Of a stretch of 64,000 nt of DNA, positions 38,186 to 50,119 are shown piece by piece. A program made the position numbers and the translations under genes. The DNA is taken from contig NW_021833746.1 of assembly GCF_006345805.1 (NCBI RefSeq), positions 7,766 through 71,765 on the forward strand, written 5' to 3'. This DNA is from Octopus sinensis (Eukaryota). Position 1 is the first letter of the stretch. The number at the start of each line of letters is the position of its first letter. Below the pieces are notes generated by a model. It was not told the origin of the DNA, searched no databases, and worked only from the letters and a program-made list of their open reading frames with translations.

Positions 38186-38515
38186 GACAGCATGGCTCAG
38201 TGGTTAGAGCGTCGAGCTTACGATCGTGAGGTTGTGAGCTCGAATCCCGGACCGGGCTGCGTGTTGTATTCTTGAGCAAGGCACTTTATTTCACGTTGCT
38301 CCAGTTCACTCACTGTAAGAAATGAGTTGCGACGTCACTGGTGCCAAGCTGTATCGACCTTTGTCTTTCCCTTGGATAACACTGGTGGTGTGAGAGGGGA
38401 GACTGGTATGCATGGGCGACTGCTGGTCTTCCATAAACAACCTTGCCCGACTTGTGTCTAGGAGGGTAACTTTTAGTGCAATCCCATGGTCATTCATGAC
38501 CGAAGGGGGTCTTTA
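38186..38515 (+). mobile_element. SINE-C-related copy (tRNA-derived)
   Basis: Head gcatggctcagtggttagagcg...gagctcgaatcccgg, then cttgagcaaggcactttatttcac. Confidence 0.75.
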
Positions 38516-38715
38516 TTACTTGGTAGCCACGATAAAATTCCGAGTTTCGGATGCCGAGGTGGAAATCCACCCCAGCTTGGCATCCAAAACTTGGAGCTTT
38601 ATCATGGCTACCGAATAATTGTCACATATTACATTTACAGATAAATTCCTCTATTTACATAATATCAAGGTCTCTTTCTTTGTTTTGTTGTCTTACCATT
38701 TTTATCAATATATAT

Positions 38716-39111
38716 ATACTCTCTTTTTCACTCTTTTACTTGTTTCAGTCATTTGACTGCGGCCATGCTGGAGCACCGCCTTTAGTCGAGCAATCGACCC
38801 CGGGACTTATTCTTTGTGAGCCCAGTACTTATTCTATCGATCTCTTTTGCCGAACCACTAAGTGACAGGGACGTAAACACACCAGCATCGGTTGTCAAGC
38901 AATGCAAGGGGGACAAACACAGACACACAAACACACACATACATATATATACAACAGTCTTCTTTCAGTTTCCGTCTACCAAATCTACTCACAAGGATTG
39001 GTCGGCCCGGGGCTATAGCAGAAGACACTTGCCCAAGATGCCACACAGTTGGACTGAACCCGGAACCATGTGGTTGGTTAGCAAGCTACTTACTACACAG
39101 CCACTCCTGCG

Positions 39112-39113
<2 letters not shown>
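38716..39113 (-). mobile_element. SINE-A full-length copy
   Basis: Reverse complement of the family consensus. Confidence 0.9.
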
Positions 39114-39147
<34 letters not shown>

Positions 39148-39460
39148 CACACACACATACATACATACATACATACATACGAGACAAATTGGAAATAATG
39201 GTTATTACATATAATTTCCTTTATTAGAGCAAAACTTGCAAAACTTGCTCTAATAACGGAATAATGTGTAATAACCGTTGTTTTAAACTTGCCTCTTATA
39301 TATCAGTCTGTAAAAAACCCATTTGTTTGCAGCCCATCCACAGACTTTATATATAGAATTGTGATGAACCCTAGTCTAAGTAGCGTTGTTAGCCTGGTGT
39401 GCCGACAGAGAGCTTAGGAAGTATTTTGCCCAGATAGATAATCTCTCACTATTTGTTCTA

Positions 39461-39507
<47 letters not shown>

Positions 39508-39789
39508 TCATCATCATCGTTTAATGTCTGTTTTCCGCGCTAGCATGGGCTGGACTGTTCGACCGGGGATCTGAGAAGCCAGAAGGCTGCACCAGGCTCC
39601 AGTCTGATCTGGCAGTGTTTCTACAGCTGGATGCCCTTCCTAACGCCACCAACTCCGTGAGTTTAGTGGGTGCTTTTTACATGCCACTGGCACAGGTGCC
39701 AGGGGAGGTTGGCAAACGGCCACGATCGGTTGGTGCTTTTTACGTGCCACTGGCACGGAAGCCACTCTCTCTCTCTGTATATATATATA

Positions 39790-40048
39790 TATATAATAAC
39801 AAAGGCTGAAATTAATTAATTAAGTAATCAGTAATTTCACCAAGTAGAATTCGACATGAAAAGGACCATTTCATGGTAAGCTTAAGTAATACTTTATAAA
39901 TAGGGTTCAGCAACGATTTGCTTCACCACATACCGAAGTTTAGAAATAGCAGTCAAAAAAGAAGGAATAGCTAAGATTTTTTGACTGCTATTTCTAAACT
40001 TCGGTATGTGGTGAAGCAAATCGTTGCTGAACCCTATTTATAAAGTAT
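39790..40048. mobile_element. Fold-back element, same family as 9116: perfect 72-bp arms
   Basis: 39889-39960 is the exact reverse complement of 39977-40048; one-sided tail 39790-39888. Confidence 0.9.
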
Positions 40049-40058
40049 ATATATATAT

Positions 40059-40482
40059 AGGCGCAGGAGTGGCTGTGTGGTAAGTAGCTTGCTAACCAAC
40101 CACATGGTTCCGGGTTCAGTCCCACTGCGTGGCATCTTGGGCAAGTGTCTTATGCTATAGCCCCGGGCCGACCAATGCCTTCTGAGTGGATTTGGTAGAC
40201 GTAAACTGAAAGAAGCCTGTCGTATATATGTATATATATATGTATATATATATATGTATGTGTGAGTGTGTTTGTGTGTCTGTGTTTGTCCCCTAGCATT
40301 GCTTGACAACCGATGCTGGTGTGTTTACGTCCCCGTCACTTAGCGGTTCGGCAAAAGAGACCGATAGAATAAGTACTGGGCTTACAAAAGAATAAGTCCC
40401 GGGGTTGATTTGCTCGACTAAAAAAAGGCGGTGCTCCAGCTTGACCGCAGTCAAATGACTGAAACAAGTAAAAGAGTAAAAG
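40059..40482 (+). mobile_element. SINE-A full-length copy
   Basis: Family consensus. Confidence 0.9.
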
Positions 40483-40881
40483 ATTGTATATAATCACAGC
40501 CTCAGAATTTTATTGCTGTCATATAGTCTGAGAGGGTTGAGAAGTTGTGATGTTGATGTTTTTTTTCCTGAAGCCTATATAACGCTGTATTGTCATAATT
40601 GTCTTTTGAATCTTGTTCTCTGATTAGAGTTATCTCCCTTGATCTATACCGCTGGAATATCCTCGGCTGACCTATGATCACCAAACACATTCGGGAATAG
40701 TGTATCTAGGACTAAATTCTTAACAGGTCGCCTTTGCCTTTCATGTTTTTTTTTATTTTTGGTTAGTGGGGGTAGGTGTCAGTGAGATAAGTACCAGTTG
40801 AGCTACTGGGGTCGATGTATTTGACTTGTCCCCTCGCCACAAAATACCAGCCCTTGTGCCTTTGATTGTACCAATATTGTT

Positions 40882-41290
40882 ATCCTCTTTTACTTGTTTC
40901 AGTCATTTGACTGCGGCCATGCTGGAGCACCGCCTTTAATCGAGCAACTCGACCCTGGGATTTATTCTTTTGTAAGCCCAGTACTTATTCTATCGGTCAC
41001 TTTTGCCGAACCGCTAAGTGACGGGGACGTAAACACACCAGCATCGGTTGTCAAGCAATGCTGGGGAGACAAACACAGACACACAAACATATACACATAC
41101 ATACATACATATATATATATACATATATACGATGGGCTTCTTTCAGTTTCCGTCTACCAAATCCACTCACAAGGCTTTGGTCGGCCCGAGGCTATAGTAG
41201 AAGACACTTGCCCAAGGTGCTACGCAGTGGGACTGAACCCAGAACCATGTGGTTGGTAAACAAGCTACTTACCACACAGCCACTCCTGCC
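40882..41290 (-). mobile_element. SINE-A full-length copy
   Basis: Reverse complement of the family consensus. Confidence 0.9.
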
Positions 41291-41942
41291 CCTATCATAG
41301 TTTTTTTTTAAATGCGGGCATGGCCGTGTGGTTAAGAAGCTTTCTTCCCAACCATGTGGTTTCAGGTTCAGTCTCACTGCACACATTTCAGGCTGGTGTC
41401 TTCTACTATAGTTCAGAGCCAACCAGTGTCTTGTGAATGAATTTGGTAGGCAGACAGAAACTGTGTGGAAAGTTATCATAGTCTATATTTGTTCCCACCC
41501 CCACTGCTGTGTTGGTTTGTTTGCATCCCTATAATCTATGGTTCAACAAAACAAGCTGATAGACGAGACTCAAAAAAAAAAATTTTTTTTAAACAAATAA
41601 ATATTGGGGTCAATTTGTTTGAGTAAACCCTTCATGGTGGTGCTCCAGCATGGCCCCAATCCAGTGACTGAAATAAATCAAAGATTATTATCAATGAATG
41701 CTTGTAGAAAGAGACAGAAACAAAATATTATGTTGCTTCTTTCTATATTCTGTTTCAATTCCTGTCTGGGTTGATTTTTTTTTTTTTTACCATTCATCAT
41801 GTTGTGATCATAAAATAAGTACCTGTAATATACTGGGGCATGACAAAATTTACTGTACACTCCCCCCACTCCACCCTGAAGTGTGTGGCCATGCGTCTAT
41901 GAGAAATCATTATTACCACTTCACAGACTGCTGGTTATTCTC

Positions 41943-42177
41943 TTTGAAGTGCTTTCATTTAATTTTCATCTGTTTTACATCTTTACATCTGTTGTGTGCA
42001 TTGTATATCTGTTGTGTGTTATACAAGTGGTTTATGCGGTGTATATATGTTGTGCACATTGTACGTATAATGTGCATGTTGCATTCCTACTATGTGTTTT
42101 TAGCATCTTTTATTATGTGGTTTACATCTGTTGTGTGTGTTTAACACCAGCTATCTGCATTCTACATCTGTTATGCT
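41943..42177 (+). repeat. Left arm (donor) of a 235-bp inverted duplication
   Basis: Reverse complement of 45703-45937 with 4 substitutions; part of a degenerate acatctgttgtgtg repeat region. Confidence 0.95.
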
Positions 42178-42296
42178 TGTTTTAATTCTACCCATTGTAT
42201 ACATTTTGCATCTGTTATGTGCATTCTACATCTGTTGTGTGTGTTTAGCATCTGTTTTTATACGTTTTACTTCTGCTCTGTGTGTGTACCATCTCT

Positions 42297-42891
42297 ATTA
42301 CTCTTTAACTCTTTTACTTGTTTCAGTCATTTGACTGTGGCCATGCTGGAGCACCGCCTTTAATCGAGCAACTCGACCCCGGGACTTATTCTTTGTAAGC
42401 CCAGTACTTATTCTATCGGTCTCTTTTGCCGAACCGCTAAGTGACAGGGACATAAACACACCAGCATCGGTTGTCAAGCAATGCTAGGGGGACAAACACA
42501 CACACACAAACTCACACACATACACATACATACCCTCTCTCTCTCTTTCGGAGAAGCACAAGCACCTACACGCACATATACACACACGGCAGTAACTTCC
42601 GCCTGCCAAATTCAATCACAAAGCTCCGGTCGGCTCGGGTCTATAGCAGAAGACATCTACCCAAAGTGCCACGCAGTGGGACTGAACCCGAAACCATGTA
42701 GCTAGGAAGCAAGCTCCCTAACAACACAAGACAGGCTTCTTTCAGTTTCCGTCTACCAAATCCACTCACAAGGCATTGGTCGGCCCGGGGCTATAGCAGA
42801 AGACACTTGCCCAAGATGCCACGCAGTGGGACTGAACCCGGAACCATGTGGTTGGTTAGCAAGCTACTTACCACACAGCCTCTCCTGCGCC
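42297..42891 (-). mobile_element. SINE-A with duplicated head/core
   Basis: Two successive head+core segments (~42730-42891 and ~42590-42725) precede one tail. Confidence 0.8.
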
Positions 42892-43244
42892 TGTGTATAT
42901 ACATATTTATAATATAAATCTGTTGCATCTATTATATTATATTATATATCAGTTTATATTATCACATATACTGTATATCCATTGTATATGTTGTACATTT
43001 GTTTATTGTTTACACCTATTGTATATTTATTCTGTGCATGCATTTTCCATGTTATTCATCTATTATGCATGTAGCACAACTGTTGTATATCTTTCTAATG
43101 CATTGCATAGTGTTTTGTCTGTATTATCTTATGCCTGTCCTTAAATCCATTGTACATCTGTTTGGTATAACATCTGTTGTGTGTAATACATTTGTAAAAT
43201 ACATGTGCTGTATTTTCTGGTATGCAAGTTGACATAGTATACAG

Positions 43245-43445
43245 CAGTGCTTTTCAAACTTTTTGCTGGAGCGGAACCCCAAGGAAACATTCCACTGGCT
43301 CGGGGAACCCCTGTGCAATAATTTAATAGTCTTACGCACACATATCTGCGCAGGAGAATTAAAAATTATTGCCGATTTTAGCAGTTTTGTAACTTCCTGC
43401 GGAACCCCTGGACTGTACTGGCGGAACCCTGGTTGAAAACCACTG
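43245..43445 (-). mobile_element. hAT-like MITE, intact
   Basis: TIRs cagtgcttttcaa / ttgaaaaccactg; exact 8-bp TSD gtatacag at 43237-43244 and 43446-43453. Confidence 0.9.
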
Positions 43446-43774
43446 GTATACAGTGTAAACATGTAGTGTAAACATGTAGCATAAACATTCAAACATTGTC
43501 ACTATCTTTCCAACTCCTGCTGCATTTCACATGGAGCTTTTGGCCCTTCAAAGTTGTCTTGGTGTGTTAGACAACCTTCTTTTATTTTTGGGTTTTAGGT
43601 TTTTTTGGTCTGAAAAATAAGACTTGCACATGTTGGAAAAGAGTTGGTTTATTGAGTAAATAAATGTGTCACTGTCACATACATTGTACATCTGTTGGTT
43701 ATATAGCACTTGATAGCCAAAGTCAGGACTTGAAATTCTTATCCCTTGGGTAGAAACTTCATATACTCTCTCTC

Positions 43775-44173
43775 TCTCTCTTTTACTCTTTTACTTGTTT
43801 CAGTCATTTGACTGTGGCCATGCTGGAGCACCGCCTTTAGTCGAGCAACTCAACCCCGGGACTTATTCTTTGTAAGCCCAGTACTTATTCTATCGGTCTC
43901 TTTTGCCGAACCGCTAAGTAACAGGAACGTAAACACACCAGCATCGGTTGTCAAGCAATGCTAGGGGGACAAACACACACACAAAAACTCACATACATAC
44001 ACATATATACGACAGGCTTCTTTCAGTTTCCGTCTACCAAATCCACTCACAAGGCATTGGTCGGCCCGGGGCTATAGCAGAAGACACTTGCCCAAGATGC
44101 CACGCAGTGGGACTGAACCCGGAACCATGTGGTTGGTTAGCAAGCTACTTACCACACAGCCACTCCTGCGCCT
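43775..44173 (-). mobile_element. SINE-A full-length copy
   Basis: Reverse complement of the family consensus; ~440 bp upstream of exon F. Confidence 0.9.
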
Positions 44174-44616
44174 ATATATTTTACTTGCTTCTCAAATCTG
44201 GAAAAAAAAACAACAACAACAATGCAGAAATCATGCCATAGTGCAATTTATCTGGCTGTTGTTGTTTAGCCCCAGGTCAGTCTTAGTCTTGATTTGATGA
44301 GATTATGCTCAGAGGCATTCCAGCCATGGCTGTCTCGTTTTATTTCTGCCGACATAAGGTATGATTTGAGTCTAATGACGGAAACAGTTTAAAGAATATG
44401 AGTATATTGTTGTTTTTAGTCATTGACTGGCTAATAGGAATTAAAGGGGTCCATAGGTAAAAGAAATAAGAATTAAAGGGGTCCATAGGCAGAAAAAAAA
44501 TATGGCTGAGAACCACAGAAGCAATAGGCTAAAAAGGTAAAAAATACAAATTTTCATTAAATTTAATGTTTTTGTTGCTGTTTTACTGAAATAAATTTTC
44601 TTCTCTTTTCCTGCAG

Positions 44617-45299
44617 CCCAAACTGTCCAGCATCCAAAACAGACCCCTTCCAGCCCTACCAATTGATAGAAATGGACATAGTAAATCTAGTATACAGCGA
44701 TCGTCGCTGCAGAATTTATCGTCGACGGACGATGGTGATCGCACGTCTTCAAGTTGTCACGTTCCTCTCAGAGAGTCAGTCCATCCGTATAACCCACGGC
44801 GGAGGGAGAGCTCTCCGAAGACTAAGGGTCAGAGGCCGCTGAGCGGAGCAGCATTTGATATAAAAAAAAGCTACAACGGTTACAGCCGGGCATTGTCATG
44901 CGATGCCTCGTACTACGGATACAGATCCAGCGTCCACTGCCCCCAGGCGTCGCCTCTAGTGAAGCAACAAAGCTTCCCAGAGACAGAAAGCACATCTCTG
45001 CAGCAGTTATATACGTTAGAAGGACATGGCAAACACATTGAGGAACCCTGCTTGCCTGCTAGTTGTCCAAACAACAGCAGCAGCAGCATCACTGACCACC
45101 AACATTGGCGACCGACACTTGACATTGGGAGGCACTTGTCGCCAATGGCACGTCATTCAAGAAAGGAGCCGCATGCACCTCAGCTCCCTATTTCCCAACC
45201 TGGACCAACATCATCTCCACAGTCGTCAAGGTACCAAAATGATAGTCTCTTTCAATACCAGGGTTATTATGATAGTTCCATACCGAATTCACCGTCAAG
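44617..45299 (+). CDS. SH2D5: SH2D5-like adaptor, coding exon F (PKLSSIQNRPLPALP...YYDSSIPNSPS)
   Basis: Acceptor ttttcttctcttttcctgcag, donor AG|gtaagt, 683 nt open, phase 0 in / phase 2 out, GC-rich. Assignment to the same gene rests on strand and phase only. Confidence 0.75.
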
Positions 45300-45324
45300 G
45301 TAAGTCCCAGCTTATTTCGTTCAC

Positions 45325-46025
45325 CTTTCAGTATTTAAACTGGTCATATCCAGCCCAAATATTTTCTACCTGTTTTATGTTCAAACTGGCCAGATCCAGC
45401 CTCTCACACCTACTCCACAATGTTGTCTTACAAACAATCACATTGTCGAAATATTTGGTCCCTCACACACCTACTCTACAAAATCAATATTAAAAAATAA
45501 ACAATCACATCATCAAATTCTCAAAGCTACAAGATGATCCAAGATTAATTCAAAACAACGTGAATAAATAAGTTCCACATTTGAGAGAGTAAACTGAATG
45601 ACAAAGGGTTACACTGGCCATATCGAACCCAGATATTGTACCTGTTATATGTCCAGCCTTTCACATCTATCCTACAATGTCATTCTAAAAATAAACAATC
45701 ACAGCATAACAGATGTAGAATGCAGATAGCTGGTGTTAAACACACACAACAGATGTAAACCACATAATAAAAGGTGCTAAAAACACATAGTAGGAATGCA
45801 ACATGCACATTATACGTACAATGTGCACAACATATATACACCACATAAACCACGTGTATAACACACAACAGATATACAATGCACACAACAGATGTAAAGA
45901 TGTAAAACAGATGAGAATTAAATGAAAGCACTTCAAAAGCTATGAGATAATGCATGATTAATTCAAAACAATGTGAATAAATAAGCATTGCATTTGACAA
46001 AATAATCTGGATGCCAAAGAGTTAA
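45325..46025 (+). mobile_element. Tandem piggyBac-like MITE copies, the second carrying the 235-bp inverted insert
   Basis: Family motifs ttttatgttcaaactggccagatc and aagcta...gataatgcatgattaattcaaaacaatg; ends aaagggttac (~45610) and aaagagttaa (~46025). Confidence 0.7.
45703..45937 (-). repeat. Right arm (inserted copy) of the 235-bp inverted duplication
   Basis: See 41943-42177. Confidence 0.95.
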
Positions 46026-46104
46026 TTTAGTTAATTTAGCCATTAGTTAATTTAGCCAAAGAGTTAATTTAGCCATTATTTCCTTTTGGTTTTGTCATTA
46101 AATT

Positions 46105-46810
46105 AATAAGATTGGCTGAGAGACCTTGCTGTTCTCCATGTAGCAGTGGGATAACAGCTGGGGTGACAGGATAGCAGTTGATGTAGTTGTAGATTGATTG
46201 CTAGGTTGGCAGTTGGAAAGCAGTTGATGTAGCTAGAGGAAGGCTGCTGGGATGGCAGAAAGAACACAGTTGATGTACATTGGCAGCAGGATAGCTGTTG
46301 GTGTTGCAGTGGAATGGCAGTAGGATAGCAGTTGGTATAGTAGTTGGAGTGGCAGTAGAATAGCAGTTGGTGTTGCAGTGGATTGGCAGTAGGATAGCAG
46401 TTGGTGTTGTAGTGGGATGGCAGTTGGATTGGCAGTAGGATAGCAGTTGGTGTTGCAGTGGAATGACAGCTGGAGTGGCAGTAGGATACCACTTGGTGTT
46501 GCAGTTGGATGGCAGTTGGTGTGGCAGTAGGATAGCAGTTAGTGTGGCAGTGGGATGGTAGTTAAAATGGCAGTAGGATAGCAGTTGGTGTTGCAGTAAA
46601 ATGGCAGTTGAATGGGCAGTAGGATAGCAGTTGGTGTAGGAATTGGAGTGGCAGTTGGTGTTGCAGTAGAATGGCAGTAGCATAGCAGTTGGAGTGGCAG
46701 CAGGCAAATAGTTGATAAAGCAGGAGGAGGTAGTTGTTATAGCAGTGGGATGGTAGCTGGATTGGCAGTAGGAAAACAGTTGCTGCTGCAGTAAGGTAGC
46801 AGCTGGGGTG
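46105..46810. repeat. Degenerate minisatellite (ggcagtaggatagcagttggtgttgcagtg units)
   Basis: The motif recurs more than 12 times with variable spacing. Confidence 0.8.
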
Positions 46811-47059
46811 ACAGTAGGATGGCAGCTGGAATGGTATGTTGTGCTTTCTTTTGACATTCAAACTAACTTTGGTGACATCATTTATTTCTCAAGAATTCCC
46901 ACCCTTAAAACAGCACAACACCCTACTAAAAAAAAAAAAACTGACCCTACCGCCATCACCACCACCGCTGCATTCTACAGAAACCCCTTTCTGTACTACA
47001 TCCCGAGCTGTTTCATCAATGATGTTCAAAGTACAGTACCGGAACTGACACTTCCGCCT

Positions 47060-47480
47060 TCTGTAGTGGTAGTAGCAGTTGTGGTGGTGGTGGTGGTGGT
47101 GGTAGTTGCAGTGGTGTTGGTGGTGGTGTTGGTGTTGGTAGTGGTTGTTTTTAATGGTGGTGTGGTGGTGGTGGTTGGTGGTCATGAGGTTGGTAGTGGT
47201 AGTGTTGTGGTGGTGGTGGTGGTGGTGGTGGTGGTAGTTGCAGTGGTGTTGGTGGTGGTGTTGGTGTTGGTAGTGGTTGTTTTTAATGGTGGTGGTGGTG
47301 GGTGTGTTGGTGGTCATGAGGTTGGTAGTGGTAGTGGTTGTGGTGGTGGTGGTGGTGGTGGTGGTGGTAGTTGCAGTGGTGTTGGTGGTGGTGTTGGTGT
47401 TGGTAGTGGTTGTTTTTAATGGTGGTGGTGGTGGGTGTGTTGGTGGTCATGAGGTTGGTAGTGGTAGTAGTTGTTGTGGT
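47060..47480. repeat. GGT-rich minisatellite, three ~132-bp units
   Basis: ggtagttgcagtggtgttgg...tttttaatgg...ggtcatgagg at about 47101, 47233 and 47366. Confidence 0.85.
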
Positions 47481-47722
47481 GCTGTTGCCAGTTCTGACGA
47501 TAGCGATAGTGGTGTTGGTTATGGTTGTGGTGTTGGTGGTAGTGGTGGTTGTCAATGGTCTTTTGTGGTGTCGGTGCAGCTGGTAGTTGCTGGGGGTAAA
47601 AAAAAATGGTAGGGGGGGTAGATCATCCTTAATGCAGAGCAGGTTGTGGTGGTGGAGGTGGGGGTGACAGTGGAATATATAATTTTTAGGTCAGACCCTA
47701 ACTTGGAATACATTTGGATGCA

Positions 47723-47758
<36 letters not shown>

Positions 47759-48084
47759 CGTGTGCCTGTGTGCGTATGTAAGTATGGATGTGTGTGTATA
47801 TATATATATATATATGTATATTGGTTACTTCATTTCACAGTTATGTGAGCATACATACATTTATTTATCCCTCTATACATGCCTACATATATGCATACAC
47901 GCACACATACACACACACATATACACACACATATTACTGGGTGAACACACACACACTCAAAATGGCTGTGTTTAAGAATTTCGTTTTGCAACCCCTGTGG
48001 CTTTACATTCAGTCCCACTGCAAAACATTTTGGTAGTGCCTCAACATGGCCACAGTTTAATAAATGATAGTCCAAAAGAAAGTT

Positions 48085-48494
48085 AAGGCGCAGGAATGGC
48101 TGTGTGGTAAGTAGCTTGCTAACCAACCACATGGTTCTGGGTTCAGTCCCACTGCGTGGCATCTTGGGCAAGTGTCTTCTGCTATAGCCCCGGGCCGACC
48201 AATGCCTTGTGAGTGGATTGGTAGACGGAAACTGAAAGAAGCCTGTCGTATATATGTATACATATATATATGTATGAGTGTGTATGTAGTGTGGTCTGTG
48301 TTTGTCCCCCTAGCATTGCTGACAACCGATGCTGGTGTGTTTACGTCCCGTCACTTAGCGGTTCGGCAAAAGAGACCGATAGAATAAGTACTGGGCTTAC
48401 AAAGAATAAGTCCCGGGATCAATTTGCTCGACTAAAGGCGGTGCTCCAGCATAGCCGCAGTCAAATGACTGAAACAAGTAAAAGAGTAAAAGAG
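48085..48494 (+). mobile_element. SINE-A full-length copy
   Basis: Family consensus. Confidence 0.9.
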
Positions 48495-48802
48495 TGTGTG
48501 TGTGTGTGTGTGTGTGAAGCACATATCATCATTTAGAATCTGTCTTTCTTGCTGGATTGGGGACCAAAGCCTTGTGAGTGGAGCCTAAATGATAAAGCTC
48601 TATGACCTATTGTTTGTGATTCCCAGATTGGCCAGAGGTACTCTAGATCTTCTGAACTATTTGCCTATACAATAAAGCATTGTCGCCTGTTGCTTGTGGT
48701 TAGTGGTACTGCAGGTCTTCTGAAGCCTTTCCCTATAATATAATGCACCGTTTCCTATAGCCTATGGTTCATACTATGGTTAGATATTCTATAGGTGTTC
48801 TA

Positions 48803-49243
48803 AGGTGGGGGAAATGGCAGAATCATTAGCACGCTGGGCGAAATGCTTAGTGGTATTTTGTCTGCCGCTACATTCTGAGTTCAAATTCTGCCGAGGTTGA
48901 CTTTGCTTTTCATCCTTTCGGGGTCAATGAACTAAGCACCAGTTACGCAGTGGGGTCGATATAATCGACTTAATCCATTTGTCCGTCCTTGTTTGTCCCC
49001 TCTGTGTTTAGCCCCTTGTGGGCAGTAAAGAAATAAGAACATTAGCACACTGGGCAAAATGTTTAGCGGTATTTCGTTTGTCTTTACATTCTGAGTTCAA
49101 ATTTTTCTGAGGTCAACTTTGCCTTTTATCCTTTGAGGGGGGTAATAAATTAAGTACCAGTTGCGTACTGGGGTTGATGTAATCGACTGCCCCCCCCCCC
49201 CCACTACCTCCATATTTCGGGCCTTGTGCCTAGAATAGAAAAG
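48803..49243 (+). mobile_element. SINE-B dimer with target-site duplication
   Basis: Two monomers (~48803-49035, ~49036-49243); attctataggtg at 48786-48797 and 49244-49255. Confidence 0.8.
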
Positions 49244-49694
49244 ATTCTATAGGTGCTCTGAAATCTCCTCCTCTGCAAAAAGGTTCTATATTAGTAATGT
49301 CTTCTGATTCAAATGAGTAATCAGTCAAAATTAGTCCACAACAGCAACAACAACAACAACTCACACACACATAGACATGTGCTTGCACACAGCATTTTTG
49401 TTTATCTTTATATAGAAAGCTGTTCCAATATATACACTTTGTGTATGTGGTGGGGGTGGGGGTGGGGGTGCATAGGTATGTTTGTGAACTTCATACAATT
49501 TTTTTCCACTTTTAATCAGAAGAGGTTACTGAAATCAGTCAAGGGTCTCGAGAGTTTAGTGCCTAACTTTTATCTCTTTCAGAAGTGCCATGCATGAAAC
49601 TCCTGACCCCTGAGTCATTTTTGTAATTTTTTGCTGATTAATAATAATAATAATAATAATTATAATAATAATAATAATAATGATAATAATAATA

Positions 49695-49843
49695 TTGTGG
49701 TAAGTAGCTTGTTTACCAACCACATGGTTCCGGGTTCAGTCCCACTGCTGGCACCTTGGGCAAGTGTCTTCTACTATAGCCTCGGGCCGACCAAAGCCTT
49801 GTGAGTGGATTTGGTAGTCGGAAACTGAAAGAAGCCCGTCGTA

Positions 49844-49893
<50 letters not shown>

Positions 49894-50119
49894 GCGTGTG
49901 TGTGGTTGTGTGTCAGTGTTTGTCCTCCTGGCGTTGCTTGACAACCGATGCTGATGTGTTTATGTCCCCGTTACTTAGCGGCTCGGGAAAAAGAGACCGA
50001 TAGAATAAGTACTGGGCTGACAAAAAGAATAAGTCCCGGGGTCGAGTTGCTCGATTAAAGGCGGTGCTCCAGCATGGCTGCAGTCAAATGACTGAAACAA
50101 GTAAAAGAGTAAAAGAGTA
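49695..50119 (+). mobile_element. SINE-A copy inserted in (AAT)n
   Basis: Family consensus, head slightly truncated. Confidence 0.9.

Noticed and set aside
21036-38260. tRNA genes at 21036 and 38186
   Set aside because: A/B boxes are present but the acceptor stem does not close and they run into SINE bodies.
38520-38612. Imperfect hairpin centred on gtggaaatccac
   Set aside because: About 80% arm identity, single copy, no ribozyme core; probably a decayed MITE.
40500-40740. 62-aa minus-strand ORF as a host exon or TE protein
   Set aside because: No recognisable motif or splice sites; left unassigned.
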